From: Verrucomicrobiota bacterium
GTDB taxonomy: Bacteria; Verrucomicrobiota; Verrucomicrobiia; Limisphaerales; AAA164-E04
Direction: 5' to 3'
Assembly: GCA_047947115.1 (NCBI GenBank)
Contig: CP170459.1
Location: forward strand, 672,001 to 736,000
DNA length: 64,000 bases
Part shown: piece after piece, positions 39,421 through 49,301 of the stretch
How the letters are laid out: each line of letters opens with the position of its first letter
How positions within the stretch are numbered: the first letter of the stretch is position 1
Position numbers and translations under genes: made by a program
The notes under the pieces: model-generated
Told to the model about the DNA's origin: nothing
The model's input: only the letters and a program-made list of their open reading frames with translations
The model's database searches: none

Positions 39421-39773
39421 GAAGGGACCCTCTGCCGCGAGTCCGCGAACCTGCAAAAAGCATCACATCCCCCCACCAGGGCGCAGTTCAAAAATTAGAA
39501 ATCCTTAACCGGAGGGGTAAGCTCCGTCTTACACCCACTTCAAACCTCAGTGCTTTGGAATCCTTTTCAAGCTGCAATGGAATCGCCACAGTCATTCGAT
39601 GAACGATAGTCTCCCCGCGTTCCATTCCTTTTGCTCAGAAAAGTTTTCAAGGGGAAAGTTTGGGATGAGTTGAACTCTCCCCTCCATTGTCTAAAAAATG
39701 AACTACGCCCCCCCGTCATATTGAACGGGTAAGGATTGGACAAAATTAAATCCTTCAGATACAGAAAACTCAT

Positions 39774-40502
39774 ATGAAATCTGATTCCATTTTGTCGCCG
39801 CTTTCTTTCAAAAACCAGATCATCGCACTCTCTGCATTGTTCATCCTTTCCACCGCATTCGCCCAGGATCTCTCCAGCGAGAAAAGCGTCAAGCCCGGCG
39901 TCAACGACAACTTCCTGGCGGCCGACCTCGACGTCAGTCAATGGGTGGAACGTTTCGAAACCGAAGGTCGGGAAGTTTACGCCCTCCGCAACAAAGTCGT
40001 TGAAACCATCGACATCAAACCCGGCCAGAGTGTCGCCGACATCGGAGCCGGCACCGGCATCTACACCGGATTGTTCGCGGACGCGGTCGGCAAAGAAGGA
40101 ACCGCCTATGCCGTGGACATCGTCCCCGTCTTCCTTTCCAACATCCTCAACCGCGCCAAGGAAACCGGACGCAACAATATCAAAACCGTCCTCGGCACCG
40201 CCAAATCCACCAACCTCCCGGAAAACTCCGTGGACAAGGTCTTCATCTGCGACACCTACCACCACTTTGAATTTCCCCGCAACACCCTGGCTTCCCTCCA
40301 CAAAGCCCTGCGAAAAGGAGGCGAAATCATCCTGGTCGATTTCAAACGCGTCGAAGGTGAAAGCTCCGACTGGATCATGAACCACGTCCGTGCCGGTGAA
40401 GAAGTCTTCTCAGCAGAAGTCGAATCCGCCGGCTTCGAAAAAGTCGCCTCCTACGACCTCCTCAAAGACAACTACATGATCCGATTCCGCAAAAAAGATT
40501 AA
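39774..40502 (+). CDS. Class I SAM-dependent methyltransferase with signal peptide
   Basis: VADIGAGTG, YAVDI, CDTYHHFE; leader IIALSALFILSTAFA. Confidence 0.88.
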   Translation: MKSDSILSPLSFKNQIIALSALFILSTAFAQDLSSEKSVKPGVNDNFLAADLDVSQWVERFETEGREVYALRNKVVETIDIKPGQSVADIGAGTGIYTGLFADAVGKEGTAYAVDIVPVFLSNILNRAKETGRNNIKTVLGTAKSTNLPENSVDKVFICDTYHHFEFPRNTLASLHKALRKGGEIILVDFKRVEGESSDWIMNHVRAGEEVFSAEVESAGFEKVASYDLLKDNYMIRFRKKD

Positions 40503-40511
40503 GGTGTTCAG

Positions 40512-40925
40512 TCAGGATTTCCATGGGTTTAGGACATCCACACCATCAGGAAAATCAGATTCGTTTCTGGTGGCGATGACAAGCTGGAATTCGAGAGCTG
40601 TTGCCGCAATAAGACTGTCCATCAGGTTTAACTTTCGGCCTTTATTTTGATGATAAGCGTAGAAAGCACCCCATCGGTTCATGACAGATCCCGACACAGG
40701 AAATAACCTTCCCTCAGTCCACGTTTCGATACGTCTATACCAATTCTCAATCTGCGAACGGCGTTTTGAACGATTCAGCAACTGGATACCCTTGACGAGT
40801 TCCCCCATTGTCAGCACGCTCACACCTAGTTCTGAGTCATTCCGTCGAAACCATTCCATCACTCCCTGATGAGGATTTGGTCGACACAGTTCACTCAGCA
40901 CATTGGTGTCCACGAGATATGTCAT
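40512..40925 (-). CDS. vapC: PIN-domain (VapC/FitB-like) toxin
   Basis: YLVDTNVLSE, SVLTMGEL, DSLIAATA, ATRNESDF, terminal NPW. Confidence 0.92.
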   Translation of the reverse strand: MTYLVDTNVLSELCRPNPHQGVMEWFRRNDSELGVSVLTMGELVKGIQLLNRSKRRSQIENWYRRIETWTEGRLFPVSGSVMNRWGAFYAYHQNKGRKLNLMDSLIAATALEFQLVIATRNESDFPDGVDVLNPWKS

Positions 40926-40933
40926 GCGCAGTC

Positions 40934-41176
40934 CTACTGGAGCAGGAAATCTCTTGCCGTATCTTCGCTTCGATCAACACCCCACCCTTTGACTGGACAC
41001 TCCTGCAATATGTCAGCCAACGTTTCTCTTGGAGCCATCTGCTGAAATTTTTCCATGGAAAGAACTACAACAGTGGGTTGACCATGCCGGGTTATCATTT
41101 GAGGCCCATCCTCAAGGGCAGAATCCACCAACTTGCTCAATTTATTCTTAGCATCTTGAAGCGACCACGATGTCAT
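40934..41176 (-). CDS. Phd/YefM-family antitoxin
   Basis: WSLQDAKNKLSKLVDSA...GPQMITRHGQPTVVVLS. Confidence 0.92.
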   Translation of the reverse strand: MTSWSLQDAKNKLSKLVDSALEDGPQMITRHGQPTVVVLSMEKFQQMAPRETLADILQECPVKGWGVDRSEDTARDFLLQ

Positions 41177-41201
41177 GAGAACAACTTAGCTCACAATTCT
41201 G

Positions 41202-41212
41202 GCTAGTCTAGC
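41202..41212. promoter_or_regulatory. Candidate antitoxin operator palindrome
   Basis: GCTAG-T-CTAGC about 25 bp upstream of the antitoxin start. Confidence 0.35.
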
Positions 41213-41286
41213 TATTTTAACGCAAAACAGCGTTATGCCGAGATACCGCTGAAGTGAATTCACCGACGGGCCCAAAATAATTCTCA

Positions 41287-41333
41287 TTGACAAACCTACA
41301 CCTGTAAGCAACGATACTCCTACACTTGTAGGA
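41287..41333 (+). promoter_or_regulatory. blaI promoter with two TACAnnTGTA operators
   Basis: TTGACA at 41287-41292; TACACCTGTA at 41297-41306; tccTACACTTGTAgga at 41318-41333. These match the BlaI/MecI/CopY box. Confidence 0.85.
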
Positions 41334-41339
41334 CACCAT

Positions 41340-41753
41340 ATGACCGTACACTCAAAACCAAAGAAAACAGATCTTCCGGACCTCTCACCCAGCCAACTCG
41401 AGATCATGCAGGAAATCTGGGAACGTGGCGAAACCACCGTCAGCGAAGTGTGGGAAAGTCTTTTATCCCAACGTCAGGTGGCAAGGAACACGATTCTGAC
41501 CCTCATGGACCGACTCACCCAAAAAGGGTGGCTGAAACGTCGCATAGATGCGGGTGTCCACTATTACTCCGCCACCACCGCACGCAAAAAGACCCTGGGC
41601 AACATGGTCAATCAATTGATCGAAAAAGCCTTTGCCGGTTCAAGCGAAGACCTGGTGCTCACACTGCTTGAAAGCCGAGGCCTGACCAAAGCCGAATCAG
41701 ACCGTATTCAAACCCTCATCCAACAAGCAGCAAAGAAAGGAAACAAAAAATGA
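41340..41753 (+). CDS. BlaI/MecI/CopY-family repressor
   Basis: LSPSQLEIMQEIWERGETTVSEV, TILTLMDRLTQKGWL, AFAGSSEDLV. Confidence 0.93.
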   Translation: MTVHSKPKKTDLPDLSPSQLEIMQEIWERGETTVSEVWESLLSQRQVARNTILTLMDRLTQKGWLKRRIDAGVHYYSATTARKKTLGNMVNQLIEKAFAGSSEDLVLTLLESRGLTKAESDRIQTLIQQAAKKGNKK

Positions 41754-44347
41754 ACGTTCCCGCCTTTTTCGACGGTTTTCTCATCTGGATGGCCCTGTCT
41801 TCGGTCATAATACTGGCTGCCGGAATCATCGCACTCCTGCTGTTTCGTAAAAGCGCCGCATGGCGGCACCAGATTTGGCTGAACATGTTGATCGGAATCT
41901 GGCTGCTCCCTACCGCCACCTGGATCGTTCAGGAAATGAACTGGAACTGGACGCCAAGCAACAAAAAACACAACACTGTTTTCGATTCCCGTGCTGCATC
42001 AACACCTGCTACTCCAACCATCGAACCTGCTCTGGACAAAAACGAAACATCCCAACCGGGTACCCATTTCTCAACAACGACTCAACTTTCAACTCCACCC
42101 ACTGTCCCTATCCCGTCGAACCAGGACAAGAAAACCCTGAGAGAATGGATCCATCCGGCGAAAGCAGCGCTTTTCTGGACTTGGTTATCGGGAACCTTGT
42201 TCCTTTGCTCAAGATGGATGATCGGCTGGTGGCGACTGAGACAGATCATCCGCCATTCCTCTCCCATCAACCAACGGACAACCACGGAAATCCTGAAACG
42301 TACGGTCGATAACCTCGACATGAAATGTTGTCCCCGAATTCATACATCCCAGCAAATCACCACCCCCATGGTGATCGGGACATGGAATCCCTCCATTCTT
42401 TTGCCTTTCCCCCAACTGCAGGAAATCAGCCCCCCTGAACTTGAACAAATCCTGATCCACGAGTGCGCCCATATTCAACGCCGCGATCACTGGGTCTGGT
42501 TACTCCAACGCATCGGACGCACGATCTGTTGGATCAATCCCCTCTACCACTGGATGCACGCCGAACTGAGCCGTGCCCGCGAAGAACTCTGCGACAACCA
42601 TGTTCTCCAACAATGGACCGGACTCGACTACGCCCAAACCCTGTCCAAAGTCTCGAACAGATGGCATCAACAGAACCCCATGATCACCGGCCTCGCCATC
42701 GGCTTCCGAAAACACCAACTCGTCCACCGCGTCGAAACCCTACTCGACCAAACCGTCGATCATCGCAGCTCACTGAACCCGATTTCCCAATCAGCCTTCT
42801 TCATCCTATTCTCCGCCCTCATACTGAGCTGCGCCCTTGTCACATCCGGACTCACTCAGGAACAAACAAAAAATTCACTCGAGGATACGCCACCAGATTC
42901 AGCTATCGAAACATCCAAGCTCCGACCCTACCCGAATGACATCAAGGCGCAGAAGTATTTGATGTCCGACGGAAAAGACATCCACGAAGTTGAATACTAC
43001 CCTTGGGTGGAAGAAAGCGATTACCAACGGGTACCTAAGTCAATGTTTGATAGTTACGACTTAAAACCATTTGTGTGGAATTCACGAAAAACAAGTCGAA
43101 TAACTTTATCTGCCAACTTCGCTCACTTCTGCGGACTAACACAAAAGCAAGCAGAAGAGGTAAACCAAGTTATTGCTCAAACTCTAAATGAGTTTGATTT
43201 GCTGAAAGCAAGTCAGATGGAATTCGTTAGCGAAGTGGACTGGGACGACGATTATCCCCACTCAGGAATAAAGAAAACGGTGACTTTTAAATGGGATCCA
43301 ATTGAAGATCAACACATTGATGTCTTCCTTGAATTGCGGAAAATCTTGGAGCGTGAAGTCGAGAAGGTTTTAGGTTCAGATCGGACAAAATTGCTATTAC
43401 AAGCTAGACAGCCTGCATCTGTTCTTTCAGGAATGACTGAAGGGATGCTATCGAATCCCCCCAGACAACAAATTTTTCCAAAGTATTACGTTTTCTGCTT
43501 AGAAAAGTATGGAACTGGTTGGATTGTGAGCATGAAGAGGGGAAGCATAGCCAACTACGGCGGACCGCTACCTGAAGAATTGGATCAATATGTCCCTGAA
43601 CGAATGAAAGAGACGCTTTCAAAATGGAGGGAATTCGCCAGAGCAAATCCACCGACAGATGAAGAAATCAAAAACTTGAGCGTTCAAATTTCAATTGAGC
43701 CAAACGAGCAATATTCCCGACATAGTGAACAGCATTTGGTTCTCTGGAGTCCTGAAAATCCACATTTCGATATTCCAAAAAAACTTTTAGCCGAACTCTC
43801 AGTCCCAGGCCTATCCATTTACAATGGCATCTCAAACACTGCAGCCACCATGCTTGGCCTGTCTGACGAGGGCAATCGTTTACTGACGAAAACCTATCAG
43901 GAATTTGACACTCGATTCAGAATCCTCCAAAAACAGCATATGCACCCCCTCTCCAATGAATCATACAATCTCCAAATCAATGCATTTCCAAACGAAGCCA
44001 ACAAACTAAAAGAGGTGTGGCTAACATTCTTACTCAAGACCTTTGGGGAGACTCAGGCGCACACAATAGACAAAGCGCTGCGAACAGTTCCGGATGAATA
44101 TGAATACATGCAAGGTTTTCCACCTTCTATCCTTTCATTTATGAGCTTTCCTTCACGCATTTGGTTAGAATCAGGAACCGATTCCATTAAATTCTATGTC
44201 TTGGACGAACGAACGAGTTTTAAGAAAATCGAATGGACGAAATCAGACGGACAGCAGGGAGTGACGGTTGCACAGAATAATTACATTAGTGATCACCAAG
44301 AGCGAATCCTCCGAAGTCTGTTCAACCTTGATTTTGATTCCGAATAA
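41750..44347 (+). CDS. M56-family (BlaR1-like) metallopeptidase with uncharacterised C-terminal extracytoplasmic region
   Basis: SAAWRHQIW, PMVIGTWNPSILLP, HECAHIQRRDH, WINPLYHW, REELCD; ATGA overlap with blaI. Confidence 0.9.
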   Translation: MNVPAFFDGFLIWMALSSVIILAAGIIALLLFRKSAAWRHQIWLNMLIGIWLLPTATWIVQEMNWNWTPSNKKHNTVFDSRAASTPATPTIEPALDKNETSQPGTHFSTTTQLSTPPTVPIPSNQDKKTLREWIHPAKAALFWTWLSGTLFLCSRWMIGWWRLRQIIRHSSPINQRTTTEILKRTVDNLDMKCCPRIHTSQQITTPMVIGTWNPSILLPFPQLQEISPPELEQILIHECAHIQRRDHWVWLLQRIGRTICWINPLYHWMHAELSRAREELCDNHVLQQWTGLDYAQTLSKVSNRWHQQNPMITGLAIGFRKHQLVHRVETLLDQTVDHRSSLNPISQSAFFILFSALILSCALVTSGLTQEQTKNSLEDTPPDSAIETSKLRPYPNDIKAQKYLMSDGKDIHEVEYYPWVEESDYQRVPKSMFDSYDLKPFVWNSRKTSRITLSANFAHFCGLTQKQAEEVNQVIAQTLNEFDLLKASQMEFVSEVDWDDDYPHSGIKKTVTFKWDPIEDQHIDVFLELRKILEREVEKVLGSDRTKLLLQARQPASVLSGMTEGMLSNPPRQQIFPKYYVFCLEKYGTGWIVSMKRGSIANYGGPLPEELDQYVPERMKETLSKWREFARANPPTDEEIKNLSVQISIEPNEQYSRHSEQHLVLWSPENPHFDIPKKLLAELSVPGLSIYNGISNTAATMLGLSDEGNRLLTKTYQEFDTRFRILQKQHMHPLSNESYNLQINAFPNEANKLKEVWLTFLLKTFGETQAHTIDKALRTVPDEYEYMQGFPPSILSFMSFPSRIWLESGTDSIKFYVLDERTSFKKIEWTKSDGQQGVTVAQNNYISDHQERILRSLFNLDFDSE

Positions 44348-44644
44348 ACCGCTTTTCTTATTTGAATTCATCCAGCAATCAGTAATAGGATAAAACCGGC
44401 TGCAGGAAACTCTACCCTTCCCCTGGCGTATCCAAAGCGGCGCTGCACGCCGCACTCCAGATTTGCGCAAGAGAACCTTTGGAAGCGTCAACGACAATTA
44501 TTTGCCTCCTCCACCACAAAACTACACGAGGTGTTCCCCCTCAAACCACTTCGTGGCTTTGTGCCTTTGTGTGAAAAAAACATATAGGAAACTCAGCCCC
44601 TTTAAGCTCGCAAGTTGCCCCGTTTAGCCTTAAACATTCCGGGC

Positions 44645-45463
44645 ATGAACGAGACACCAGCAGCCCTGTTTCGACGTTTGAAGGGCGCCAAACATTTTTT
44701 TCTGATCGCCGGCCCGTGCGTCATTGAGGACGAGGCGGGCTGCCTGGAAATCGGACGACACATGAAAAAGATCTGTGCCGGTCTCGATATCCCCTACGTG
44801 TTCAAAGCCAGCTTCGACAAAGCCAACCGCTCCTCCAGTCAATCCTATCGCGGCCCCGGCTTTGAGCATGGATTGGAGATCCTTTCCAAAATCGGTCAGG
44901 ACCTCAAACTCCCGGTCCTGTCGGACATTCACACCGAACAACAAGCCCTTGCAGCAGGCAAGGTGCTGGACATTCTCCAAATCCCCGCTTTCCTCTGCCG
45001 TCAGACCGATTTGCTCCAGGCCGCCGCCTCGAGCAAACGCATCATCAACATCAAGAAAGGCCAGTTTCTCAGCCCGAACGACATGCGCAACGTCGTTGAC
45101 AAAATGAAACAGTTCGGCAACCAGAAACTTCTGCTCACCGAGCGTGGATCGAGTTTCGGCTACAACAATCTGGTGACGGACATGCGTTCGATTCCGATCA
45201 TGCAGGGATTCGGATGTCCGGTGGTCTTTGACGCGACCCATTCCGTTCAACTACCTGGTGGACAGGGAGACAAATCCGGCGGTCAGGGTGAGTTCGCTCC
45301 CGTCCTGGCACGTGCCGCGATGGCGGTTGGCGCCGAGGGATTGTTTGTGGAAACACATCCTGATCCTACAAAATCTCCAAGCGACGGACCGAACATGATT
45401 CCCTTGCCTGAAATGAACGCACTCCTGAAGCGACTGTCCAAAATCAAAGCTGCACTGAAATGA
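44645..45463 (+). CDS. kdsA: 3-deoxy-8-phosphooctulonate (KDO8P) synthase
   Basis: IAGPCVIE, KASFDKANRSS, QIPAFLCRQTDL, KKGQF, FDATHSVQ, SDGPN. Confidence 0.97.
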   Translation: MNETPAALFRRLKGAKHFFLIAGPCVIEDEAGCLEIGRHMKKICAGLDIPYVFKASFDKANRSSSQSYRGPGFEHGLEILSKIGQDLKLPVLSDIHTEQQALAAGKVLDILQIPAFLCRQTDLLQAAASSKRIINIKKGQFLSPNDMRNVVDKMKQFGNQKLLLTERGSSFGYNNLVTDMRSIPIMQGFGCPVVFDATHSVQLPGGQGDKSGGQGEFAPVLARAAMAVGAEGLFVETHPDPTKSPSDGPNMIPLPEMNALLKRLSKIKAALK

Positions 45464-47409
45464 GATTCTCAAGAAAAGCCATCACCTCTTCACACAGGCA
45501 TATTTTGAAAGGAACACACTCCATAAGATTCCATTACTTTTGGATCTGTTTCACACTTGTGACCGGATACGCCGTTCATTCAATTGCACAGGACAGCAAT
45601 CCCTTGCAAGGAACTGTGAAAGGAGGATTCAAGACAACTGTTTCGGACGGCGACAAAGTCAGCGTGGTCTTCCGAGGTGATGAAATCGTCGACAATCGCA
45701 TCACCGGATTAAGCATACAATTCAACGAGGACACCGAAGAAGCCAAACCCAAATTTTATGCAGAATCACCTTCCTGCGAACGAAGTTCCGGTACGGACGA
45801 TATTACTTCAACAGATTCCATCAAATTCTGGACAGCCGATAACAGGCTGATAATTGAGGGCATCGGATGGGCCTGGGTAAAATCTCAATCTTTACTGATC
45901 ATCAGCAACAAAGTTTCCACCACCATTCGTAAAGATTATATTGAAGCAAGCCCTTTATCTTCGAAACCAAAAGCAACGAGTGGCGGCAAAGGGGTCGTCA
46001 ACATTCATTCCGATCGATTTACTTTCAATCGCAACACATCCCAGGCAACCTTTTCCAACAACGTCACTGCGGAAGATCCAGACAGACTCGCAATGTCCTG
46101 TAATCAACTACGAATCAATTTAGGCGAAGGTTCGGAAGAGTTGAAGGAAGTCATTGCAGAAGGTTCGGTGAGACTGAAACTACTGGATCCAAAACTCGAA
46201 GTCGAAGCCCAAAGCGGTCGCGCCATCTATAGTTTCGGCACCGAGAACGAGGGCACGCTCGAACTGCTCGACGCCCCCACATGGTCGGCAACCAGCTACA
46301 AAGGCGGAGGGGATCGTATTGTTGTTTCAGACACCGAAGCAAAGGGCAACTTTATGGTCCTTGGAAACGCCTTCGCCACTCTTGATCCCGCCAACATCCG
46401 CAACCAAACCCTCAATGACGAAAACACAAAAACATCACTCATTGAAATCACTTCGGACCAATACAACTTCGATGGTGACACAGTGCGGTTCGAAGGATTC
46501 GTCAAAGCATCGCAGCAACAAAACTGGACACTCCAATGCGACACACTGACTGCAGGCGTCAACCAGGAGTCCGGTCAAGTCAGGGAAATTGATGCGGGGG
46601 GAAATGTCCGGTTGACTCAAGTGCGCCAGGGAAAAACCATGCAATCCAGCGCCGACCAGGCGCTATATCGCCCCCTTCAAGACACCACGGAATCCATTGT
46701 ATTGACGGGGTCGGCCATGGTGGATACGGGGGAATACCTTGCCCGCGGCCAAATGATTGAATGGGTCCAATCCGGCGAACAACAAACCATCAACGTCACC
46801 GGCCTGGCCACACTTGAAATGCCGGTGACGACAGTGATCAGTATTGGCATTCTTGATCTCCCCGAAAACAACAATACAAAAGAGAATTCGGATAAACCTT
46901 CCAAGCTGAGGGTGACAGCCGACCACTATCAATTTGCCGATCAGAAAGCGGTTTTCGAGAACAACGTCAAAGTTTACTTCGCAGACTCCACCATGGGATG
47001 TCAACGGATGGACGTAAAGTTTACTCCGGGCCGAACCGGCATCGAATCTTTGGAAGCCACCGGGAACATCCTGTTTTCTGGAGAAGAAGGACGGATGACC
47101 TGCCAAAAGGTAATCGGCTATTTCTCGCAAGACACCCATCAAATGGAACGTCTGGTCGCAACGGAATCGGTCAGACTCACCCATCCCAAGGGCAAGGCCA
47201 GAGGCGACAAGGCGACATTCTACCCGCAGACCGCCACCGTGCACCTGACCGGTGATCCTCAGGTCGTCGCGCAAGTGCCATCATCCAAGGGCGGGCGACC
47301 AAATTATTTTCATGCCGAGGGAGGAACTCTTTACTGGAATCAGGCCCGAAGCCGGTTCAGCGGCAAAGGAATGACGGTCAAAACTATCGAGAATCCCGAC
47401 TTGTGGTAA
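45460..47409 (+). CDS. LptA/OstA-family LPS transport protein with an LptC-like N-terminal domain and three tandem LptA-like repeats
   Basis: Lies between kdsA and lptB. Repeated I.SD...A.F..NV....L.C..L...A.G.V pattern beginning at about 45991, 46435 and 46900. Confidence 0.75.
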   Translation: MRFSRKAITSSHRHILKGTHSIRFHYFWICFTLVTGYAVHSIAQDSNPLQGTVKGGFKTTVSDGDKVSVVFRGDEIVDNRITGLSIQFNEDTEEAKPKFYAESPSCERSSGTDDITSTDSIKFWTADNRLIIEGIGWAWVKSQSLLIISNKVSTTIRKDYIEASPLSSKPKATSGGKGVVNIHSDRFTFNRNTSQATFSNNVTAEDPDRLAMSCNQLRINLGEGSEELKEVIAEGSVRLKLLDPKLEVEAQSGRAIYSFGTENEGTLELLDAPTWSATSYKGGGDRIVVSDTEAKGNFMVLGNAFATLDPANIRNQTLNDENTKTSLIEITSDQYNFDGDTVRFEGFVKASQQQNWTLQCDTLTAGVNQESGQVREIDAGGNVRLTQVRQGKTMQSSADQALYRPLQDTTESIVLTGSAMVDTGEYLARGQMIEWVQSGEQQTINVTGLATLEMPVTTVISIGILDLPENNNTKENSDKPSKLRVTADHYQFADQKAVFENNVKVYFADSTMGCQRMDVKFTPGRTGIESLEATGNILFSGEEGRMTCQKVIGYFSQDTHQMERLVATESVRLTHPKGKARGDKATFYPQTATVHLTGDPQVVAQVPSSKGGRPNYFHAEGGTLYWNQARSRFSGKGMTVKTIENPDLW

Positions 47410-47423
47410 TCGCTCGCTGAGGC

Positions 47424-48209
47424 ATGATCGAACACAAAGAAAACATGGACGCACTGGAAAGCGAAACTACCGAAAGCAACGGGACGAATCTGCTCCTGCA
47501 GACATCCGAACTGGCCAAAGCCTATAAAGGACGCCGCGTCGTGGATGGCGTATCCATTCACGTCGAAGAAGGTGAAATCGTTGGATTGCTCGGGCCCAAC
47601 GGCGCGGGCAAAACCACTTCCTTCAACATGGTGGTGGGAGTCGTTCGGCCTGATGATGGAGAAGTTTACTTCCGACAAACGCCTGTCTCCAATCTTGCGA
47701 TGCACCAACGTGCCCGACTGGGGATGGGATACCTCACGCAGGAACCATCCGTTTTCCGCAAGCTGACCGTTGCCCAGAACATTCTGGCGATTCTGGAAAC
47801 CTGCAAGCTAACCGCTAGGGAACGAAAGATCCGGCTTCAAGCCCTGCTGGACGAACTGGATTTGGCACGACTTGCCGACAGCAAGGCCTACACCCTGAGC
47901 GGAGGAGAAAAGCGTCGCCTGGAAATCACACGCGCATTGGTCACGCACCCAAAACTGTTGTTGCTGGATGAACCCTTCAGCGGCATCGACCCTATCGCGG
48001 TGTACGAAGTTCAAAAAATTGTGCGCCGCCTCAAGGAGAAAGGCCTGGGCATTCTGATCACCGATCACAACGTCCGCGAAACCCTCAAACTCGTCGATCG
48101 CGCCTACATCATCCATCAGGGAAAGATACTCTGCCATGGACCCGCCGAGTTTTTGGCGGAAGATCCCCAGGCCAGGGAAATATACCTGGGACCCGACTTT
48201 AATTTATGA
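47424..48209 (+). CDS. lptB: LPS export ABC transporter ATP-binding protein
   Basis: GLLGPNGAGKTTSF, GYLTQEPSVFRKLTV, LSGGEKRRLEI, LLDEPFSGIDP, ITDHNVRETL, YLG. Confidence 0.96.
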   Translation: MIEHKENMDALESETTESNGTNLLLQTSELAKAYKGRRVVDGVSIHVEEGEIVGLLGPNGAGKTTSFNMVVGVVRPDDGEVYFRQTPVSNLAMHQRARLGMGYLTQEPSVFRKLTVAQNILAILETCKLTARERKIRLQALLDELDLARLADSKAYTLSGGEKRRLEITRALVTHPKLLLLDEPFSGIDPIAVYEVQKIVRRLKEKGLGILITDHNVRETLKLVDRAYIIHQGKILCHGPAEFLAEDPQAREIYLGPDFNL

Positions 48210-49180
48210 AAAAAGCAGGAAGCCCAAAAGAACAGTCTGTTGCTGTTGAGGAATTTCTAAAGGAACACAGCGAAGAACTGAAACTAAATCCTATCGGTGA
48301 ACCAACCGGACTCCATCGGCACATTAAGGAGCCAACTGTCAACCGCCCGGGGTTGGCCCTGGTAGGTTACAAAAAATACTTTGCAAGCAAGCGAGTCCAA
48401 GTCTTCGGCAGCGTGGAAACGACCTACCTGCGGTCACTCAACCCCCAGGACCGAGCCGATCTCTACAACTGGATCTTCAAAACACGCATACCCTGCGTCA
48501 TTTTCTCACGCAATCTGAACCCGGATAAAGCCCTCCTGAGCGCGGCACGTAAAGCCAAAGTTCCCGTGTTCAAAACCCCCCTGATTACCATGCGGTTCAT
48601 CAACCTTGCAACACTTGCACTGGAGATGATGTTCGCCCCCAAAACAAATGAAATCGGGTGCATGGTCGACATCCTGGGAGTGGGAGTCATCATCCGGGGT
48701 GAAAGCGGCATCGGCAAAAGCGAAGCCGTGCTGGCGCTGGTCGAGCGGGGATACAGCCTGGTAGCCGATGACATCACAAAAGTGACCCGCATTGATCATC
48801 ATTACATCGTCGGTACCAGTGATGAAATGACGCGCAACCTCATGGAAATTCGTGGCATCGGCCTGATCGATGTCGCAGCCATGTTCGGTGTGCGCAGCAT
48901 CCGCAAGGAAAAACAGGTCAACCTCGTCGTAAACCTTGTGCACTGGGATAAATTGAAGCAAATCGACCGTCTGGGCATCGACAACGAATATGTCGAAATA
49001 CTCGGAGTCAAAATACCCCACATCACTATTCCGGTCAGCCCGGGACGTGATGTTGCGCGCCTGATCGAAGTCGCAGCGTTCCAGACAAAACTGAAAGCAT
49101 CTGGTATCAATACGGCCCAAGCCTTGAGCGACCGGCTGGTTCGAAAAATGACTCGCAACCGGTCGACTCATGGAGATTAG
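48206..49180 (+). CDS. hprK: HPr(Ser) kinase/phosphorylase
   Basis: NRPGLAL, GESGIGKSE, LVADD, MEIRGIGLIDV, PVSPGRD. Confidence 0.96.
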   Translation: MKKAGSPKEQSVAVEEFLKEHSEELKLNPIGEPTGLHRHIKEPTVNRPGLALVGYKKYFASKRVQVFGSVETTYLRSLNPQDRADLYNWIFKTRIPCVIFSRNLNPDKALLSAARKAKVPVFKTPLITMRFINLATLALEMMFAPKTNEIGCMVDILGVGVIIRGESGIGKSEAVLALVERGYSLVADDITKVTRIDHHYIVGTSDEMTRNLMEIRGIGLIDVAAMFGVRSIRKEKQVNLVVNLVHWDKLKQIDRLGIDNEYVEILGVKIPHITIPVSPGRDVARLIEVAAFQTKLKASGINTAQALSDRLVRKMTRNRSTHGD

Positions 49181-49301
49181 CGTTAATAGTTAGACCTGAC
49201 CCCAATAGATTAAGTTTAAAAAATCGCTGGCTTCGTTCGATATCTCTTGTATAGTTTTAAGCCGAGCACTTCCGGATGGCAAGCGGAGGAGTAATTTAAG
49301 A

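Noticed and set aside
44400..44580. Additional degenerate repeat-like motifs (CCAAAGCGGCG...GCCGCACTCC; CTTTGTGCCTTTGTGTG)
   Set aside because: They look like eroded members of other short repeat families, but lack a clear second copy in the window to define boundaries.
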